A stretch of DNA of 60,061 bases, filler included. It is 3 parts of 3 records of this genome, joined end to end, with 100 filler letters (N's around TTAATTAATTAA, not from the genome) between each part and the next. Parts side by side here need not be neighbours in the genome. Positions count along the whole stretch, not along the records: positions 40,981 to 60,061 come from DRR378314_418; 2 more parts are not named here. One strand, given 5' to 3'. This document shows positions 54,101-60,061 of the stretch, piece after piece. The position numbers and the translations under genes were made by a program. Under the pieces are notes generated by a model that had not been told where the DNA came from, made no database searches, and worked only from the letters and a program-made list of their open reading frames with translations. Numbering within the stretch: the stretch's first letter is position 1; the number at the start of each line of letters is the position of its first letter.

Positions 54101-54587
54101 TGACCGTGAAACCAAAACGCGTTTTAAAGCAACGTTTGACCAAGTTAATCAAGACTTCGGTGAGCTATTTCCTAAAGTGTTTGGCGGCGGTAGCGCATAC
54201 CTAGAATTAACCAGTGATGATTTATTAGAAAGTGGTGTTAGTATTATGGCACGACCGCCAGGTAAGAAAAATTCAACAATTCACTTGTTAAGTGGTGGAG
54301 AAAAAGCGCTGACCGCATTATCATTAGTGTTTTCAATATTCAGGCTCAATCCAGCTCCTTTCTGTATGCTGGACGAAGTTGATGCACCACTTGATGATGC
54401 GAATGTTGGCAGGTTCTGCCGTTTAGTAGAGGAAATGTCACAATCTGTGCAATTTATCTACATCAGCCATAATAAAATTGCGATGGAAATGGCAGGACGA
54501 TTAACTGGTGTTACAATGGCTGAACCGGGCGTATCACGCATGGTTGCAGTTGATATTGAACAAGCAGTGCAAATGGCACATGCATAA
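51192..54587 (+). CDS. smc: Chromosome segregation protein SMC (contig 3)
   Basis: GPNGCGKSN Walker A, long coiled coils, LSGGEK signature, LDEVDAPLD. Confidence 0.96.
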   Translation: MRLSTIKLAGFKSFVEPTKIPFPDQMTCVVGPNGCGKSNVIDAVRWVLGESSAKNLRGDAMTDVIFNGSTNRKPISQASVELIFDNTQGHLPNTFADRNQVAIKRLVTRDGQSLYFLNGSKCRKRDITDIFLGTGLGPRSYAIIEQGMISRLIESKPADLRVFLEEAAGVSKYKERRKETQTRIKSTRENLERLLDVRQELQAQVDKLALQSVEAKKFKELKAQERTLKGQIAVLKWQKLHQQQVDKNQQIAKLNEQIDFYKQANAGHDDVLTSLELQVQQRQQQLADAQQAQHNTHTQLTRIEQQQISLKQQHQTLSQSLIKQQTLQLQSQEQQLQQQGHTSELAETLQNAIEHTLICDEQVTQIAEQVEQSQQQKNLANSQYQELNEQLQTVLNNHNKELNTQAQHQQNLHYIIKQLDDIEQQSAELAKNSIAKQLDEQHTLMQSLTKELAAKQSALNKTTLSAQSAYDALTQSQIAQQNEAQAVNENKAKIAGLSSMLKGDNNQDTGTLLAQLEVKSGYEQVVEQALLNLTHLAVKPAADNNSVWLSTNNAKAGSVAALIDRGVYPDLLERIAFADNFEQSIFDDEFWLAVIDGNANINGRNWHLSNHGDAESSLLLKHKQLNEAKELATSLQSQLESAQTVVSENKSVHSNLLIQVDDLKDAVHQLAQKIAAASTRRDMLKEQLTLWQTQQEKLSTKRQSLLDEQVTINAAMQQQQQLIERIEQRQQQLSAQREQAKQTQQQCDDEYQQHSRVFEQYKSQAHQANLAEQTARSECQLSETKLQHALSAYNTASESVTELTNQIEELVIPLEESAEKILLLLEQHQQGEAELTTLKAGLADAKTALLDKQTILKSSQGELSSLQEKLQALALEEQSLIVKAQAALEPLAELEQNLKAVLAQLPESANLSTMQAQLNRIAQSVNELGAVNLAAIDEFDQAKQRSEYLEQQLEDLTNALSSLEGAIHKIDRETKTRFKATFDQVNQDFGELFPKVFGGGSAYLELTSDDLLESGVSIMARPPGKKNSTIHLLSGGEKALTALSLVFSIFRLNPAPFCMLDEVDAPLDDANVGRFCRLVEEMSQSVQFIYISHNKIAMEMAGRLTGVTMAEPGVSRMVAVDIEQAVQMAHA

Positions 54588-54625
54588 TACTATTTTTGAT
54601 AGAACAAATAATAAAAGGTGAGGGG

Positions 54626-55363
54626 ATGGCCGAACAATTAAGATGGGTTTTAATTATTATCAGTGTAATAGTCATTGGTGGATTATTAATACATGGCCTA
54701 TGGTCAGTTCGTAAAAAAGAGGCACCCACGACTGCGCCGAATGAACGTGTTGAACCAACTGAACAACCATCAGTAGAGCAGCATTCTGAGCCTTTACAAA
54801 CAGCTCAAACTGAGCGTGATGAGCCACAATTTGGCGATCTCAGTTTTTCAGCTGATGATGTAGATGAAGTCGAGCAATCGGGTGAAGCTGAAACTCAGCG
54901 CTCAGGTGAGTCAGTTGATGAAGCTCAGGCAGAACAAGAACAAGAAACTCCTCCTGCTGACTTTATTATCGTTCACATCCAAATGCCTGAGGGCATGGCG
55001 ATGGAAGGCAGTAAGTTATTACCGGCAATCAATACACTCGGTTTTAAATACTCAGAGGAAGGTTTTTTTAATCGCCACCTAGACCCTGCGGGACTTGGCC
55101 CTGTGCTATTTCGCTTAGTAAATATGTATAACCCAGGTACGTTTGATATTGATAATATGGAACAATTTAGTACCGCAGGTATTAGCTTATTTATGACTTT
55201 ACCGTGTGACGGTGACGGCCTTGCAGCATTCAATATGTTGCACAGTGCAGCGAAGAAATTAGCGGATGAATTTGGTGCCACAATATTAGATTCTCAACGT
55301 GAAGAAATGACTGTTGAAAGCGTGCGCGAGTACGTTGAAAAAGTGAGAAGTTTCAGCGCTTAA
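54626..55363 (+). CDS. zipA: Cell division protein ZipA (contig 3)
   Basis: N-terminal TM (LLIHGLWS), acidic linker, FtsZ-binding domain (FNRH, PGTFD); synteny. Confidence 0.92.
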   Translation: MAEQLRWVLIIISVIVIGGLLIHGLWSVRKKEAPTTAPNERVEPTEQPSVEQHSEPLQTAQTERDEPQFGDLSFSADDVDEVEQSGEAETQRSGESVDEAQAEQEQETPPADFIIVHIQMPEGMAMEGSKLLPAINTLGFKYSEEGFFNRHLDPAGLGPVLFRLVNMYNPGTFDIDNMEQFSTAGISLFMTLPCDGDGLAAFNMLHSAAKKLADEFGATILDSQREEMTVESVREYVEKVRSFSA

Positions 55364-55378
55364 TAGCTTATTCAATAA

Positions 55379-57811
<2,433 letters not shown>

Positions 57812-57812
<1 letters not shown>

Positions 57813-58306
57813 TGCGTTATGGTCCAGAATATTGGGATAAATACGGTACTTACCGTACGCCGATCGCATTTCATTTAAGTTTACTTGTGCTATTAAGAGC
57901 CTATTTTATTTGGATAATTGCGGCGTTAAGCCGCCGTCCTGAATTAGATATTATGTCTTTGGTTTTTCGCTCTAAATATGATTTTTTTAGTGCGTTGGCA
58001 ATTGGTGCGCTAGCAATCATCCCGGCAGTCATTTTTTGTTTTAGGCGGCCACAAAAAAATAATGTTGCATCAGCGCGTTTAGCTAAAATATGGCGTTTTA
58101 TGCGTTGGCCTTTACTTGCCTGTGCTGCACTAGATTTAGGTTGGTTGGTTATTCAGGCGGCCCATAGTTACTATCAATTTTCGATGTTTTTGGCGTTGCA
58201 AATGGTGGTCGTACTGTGGGTACTACTTTATTTAGCAAAAAGTCGTTATTTGACAGTGTTTTTTAATGATTGGCCTGATCCAATTACTGAAAAAAAAGCA
58301 GAGTAG
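57812..58306 (+). CDS. Membrane protein (DUF2919-like)
   Basis: Y.PE.WD.YG..R.P N-terminus, four TM helices, ends F.DWP. Confidence 0.65.
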
Positions 58307-58311
58307 GCACA

Positions 58312-58752
58312 ATGAATAAGATTAATCTACGTATTGCCTTTGTGGTTGCTATTGTTGGTTTATTACTCGCTATAATAGCGACATTTACAGCAGTATTGCA
58401 GCAACCGTGGTTTATCTTCGTTGTTGCTCTGTGGGTATTCACCTTCTGCTCAGCCAGCTACCGACTTACATCACTTTTTAAAATGCGTAACCCTATCTGT
58501 GACTTTTTAAAGCGAGATACGCAGCATATAATATTATTCAGTCTTAATGGTTTTTTTGATAGTAAAAGCGGTCCGCAATGGTTGGTAGTAGAGAGTATTA
58601 AACGTATTGAAATAAGAGATGATTATATTTGTTTTTATAATCAGGATGAGAGTGACTTCAGTGTGAGCTTACCTGCAAGTAAAGCTGAGTTAGAACACTA
58701 TTTGCATCGTTTTTTTACCCGAGAAGAATGGCAATCAATTACCTTATATTGA
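58312..58752 (+). CDS. Hypothetical membrane protein
   Basis: Two N-terminal TM helices plus a soluble domain; 5 nt after the previous stop. Confidence 0.65.
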   Translation: MNKINLRIAFVVAIVGLLLAIIATFTAVLQQPWFIFVVALWVFTFCSASYRLTSLFKMRNPICDFLKRDTQHIILFSLNGFFDSKSGPQWLVVESIKRIEIRDDYICFYNQDESDFSVSLPASKAELEHYLHRFFTREEWQSITLY

Positions 58753-58839
58753 AATGAACAGCAAGTATGGCCGGTATAGTAAAGAGTTACTTTATTTATT
58801 TTCTATTAAACAATAAATCGACTTTTTAGGAGCATCGCC

Positions 58840-59349
58840 ATGCGGCAAACAGTGGGGTTAGGCGGAAGTTGCCATTGGTGCACCGAAGCTATTTTTGCTT
58901 CCTTGATAGGCGTTGTGCGTGTTGAACAAGGCTGGTTTAAAATAGCTGATACCACTAGCGATTTTAGCGAAGCGGTAAGGGTCACATTTGATTCTGATAT
59001 TTTAAGTTTAACAGACTTAATTGCTATCCATATTGATACCCACAGTGCTACTGAGGTGCATAGTATGCGTCATAAGTACCGTTCGGCAGCTTACACATAC
59101 AGTGAGCAGCAAGCTCTACAGGCACATATTGCCATTCATGAAAAACAGAATGACTACAGTAAACCCTTAATTGTTCAAGTGCTTGCGGCAGGTGAGTTTA
59201 AACATTCCCCTGCAAAGTACCAAGACTATTATTATAGTAATCCGCATAGGCCTTTTTGTGAAATGCGGATAAACCCTAAATTATCAAAATTATTAGCGCA
59301 TTATCGTGATAATGTAGACCGTAATAAACTTTCTCATCTAATTTTGTGA
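58840..59349 (+). CDS. msrA: Peptide-methionine (S)-S-oxide reductase, variant active-site motif
   Basis: GGSCHWCTEA, EAV.V.FD, YRSA and QDYY...P..PFC motifs; AGGAG RBS. Confidence 0.85.
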   Translation: MRQTVGLGGSCHWCTEAIFASLIGVVRVEQGWFKIADTTSDFSEAVRVTFDSDILSLTDLIAIHIDTHSATEVHSMRHKYRSAAYTYSEQQALQAHIAIHEKQNDYSKPLIVQVLAAGEFKHSPAKYQDYYYSNPHRPFCEMRINPKLSKLLAHYRDNVDRNKLSHLIL

Positions 59350-59357
59350 GGTTAACG

Positions 59358-59794
59358 ATGTTAAATTGGAATGATATTTTAAATTTTGCTAGTAAAGGTA
59401 ACAGTCAAGTCGAAAAGTTGAGAAGACTGATGCTCAGTGGCGTGCTCAACTAAGCGATGAAGCCTTTTATGTTACACGTAACAAAGGAACTGAGCGGCCA
59501 CATAGCTCAGACAGCTGTACTTTATTTGAGCCTGGTGAGTATGCCTGTGTATGCTGCGAAAATGTGCTATTTGAAGGGGATGAAAAATTTGATAGTGGCA
59601 CTGGCTGGCCATCGTTTACACAACCTGCAAAAACAAACTCAATTGCTTACATTAGTGATAATAGTCATGGCATGCAGCGGATTGAAGCTGTTTGCAATGT
59701 TTGTGATGCGCATTTAGGGCATGTATTTCCAGATGGCCCAATGCCTGGTGGTTTACGCTATTGTGTTAATGCTTTATCACTTAAAAAACTTTAA
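59358..59794 (+). pseudogene. msrB: Peptide-methionine (R)-S-oxide reductase interrupted by a frameshift between 59402 and 59450
   Basis: ATG 59358 frame (MLNWNDILNFASKGN..) stops at 59451-59453; the -1 frame continues RKVEKTDAQWR..GTERP..CVCC..GTGWPSF..HLGHVFPDGP..RYCVN. Confidence 0.8.
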
Positions 59795-59801
59795 ATAGTG
59801 T

Positions 59802-60061
59802 TTAGTCGGGAGACGTTATTAGTTGAGCAATAGTAAAAATTAAATGCTCCCGACAAATAGGTTTTGTAATGCAGTAATCGGTTAATTGAGTAAATTCAAG
59901 TTGTTCATTTTTCAGTGCTGAAGCGGTTACTGCAATGATAGGAATATGTTTATATTGTTCATTTTCACGTAAGGCTCTAGTAGCCTCAAGCCCCCCCATA
60001 ACTGGCATTTTCATATCCATGATGATGAGATCAGGCGGACATTGAGCTATTTTTTCTAAAG
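59802..60061 (-). CDS. C-terminal receiver domain, probably of a hybrid histidine kinase (5' truncated)
   Basis: PDLIIMDMKMPVMGG, IIAVTASA, ITKP. Confidence 0.85.
   Translation of the reverse strand, partial: LEKIAQCPPDLIIMDMKMPVMGGLEATRALRENEQYKHIPIIAVTASALKNEQLEFTQLTDYCITKPICREHLIFTIAQLITSPD

Noticed and set aside
59457-59717. 86-aa ORF, and 59564-59794 as a complete gene
   Set aside because: The first is an off-frame shadow; the second is only the C-terminal part of frameshifted msrB

Overview
This window is not one chromosome segment. It is three contigs joined by artificial spacers (N-runs containing TTAATTAATTAA, at 18930-19029 and 40881-40980). Contigs 1 (1-18929) and 3 (40981-60061) are AT-rich and Pseudoalteromonas-like. 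Contig 2 (19030-40880) is visibly more GC-rich and Halomonas-like. These taxonomic calls are inferred from composition and protein resemblance, not from a search. Contigs 2 and 3 each carry their own smc-zipA-ligA, which points to two organisms. Contig 1 holds oadAB, an unannotated 58-aa membrane protein, a Fur-boxed iron-uptake module (two-component system, TonB receptor, PepSY protein), an M23 peptidase, tyrS, a CobD-like gene, mtnN, a DUF2726 gene with a sigma54 promoter, folE2, arcB and the 3' end of arcA. Contig 2 holds guaAB, xseA, argA, a phosphate cluster with PHO-box-like repeats, yciO/yciV/yciI, mnmC, yheU, ligA, a long zipA and the 3' end of smc. Contig 3 holds cysZ, a sulfotransferase, an orphan gene with a sigma28 promoter, speAB, YjgN/M48, TrmH, smc-zipA-ligA, msrA and a frameshifted msrB. 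The most striking non-coding signal is a compact DARS-like element between yciI and mnmC: three DnaA boxes plus consensus IHF and Fis sites. No CRISPR array, rRNA, tRNA or transposase was seen.
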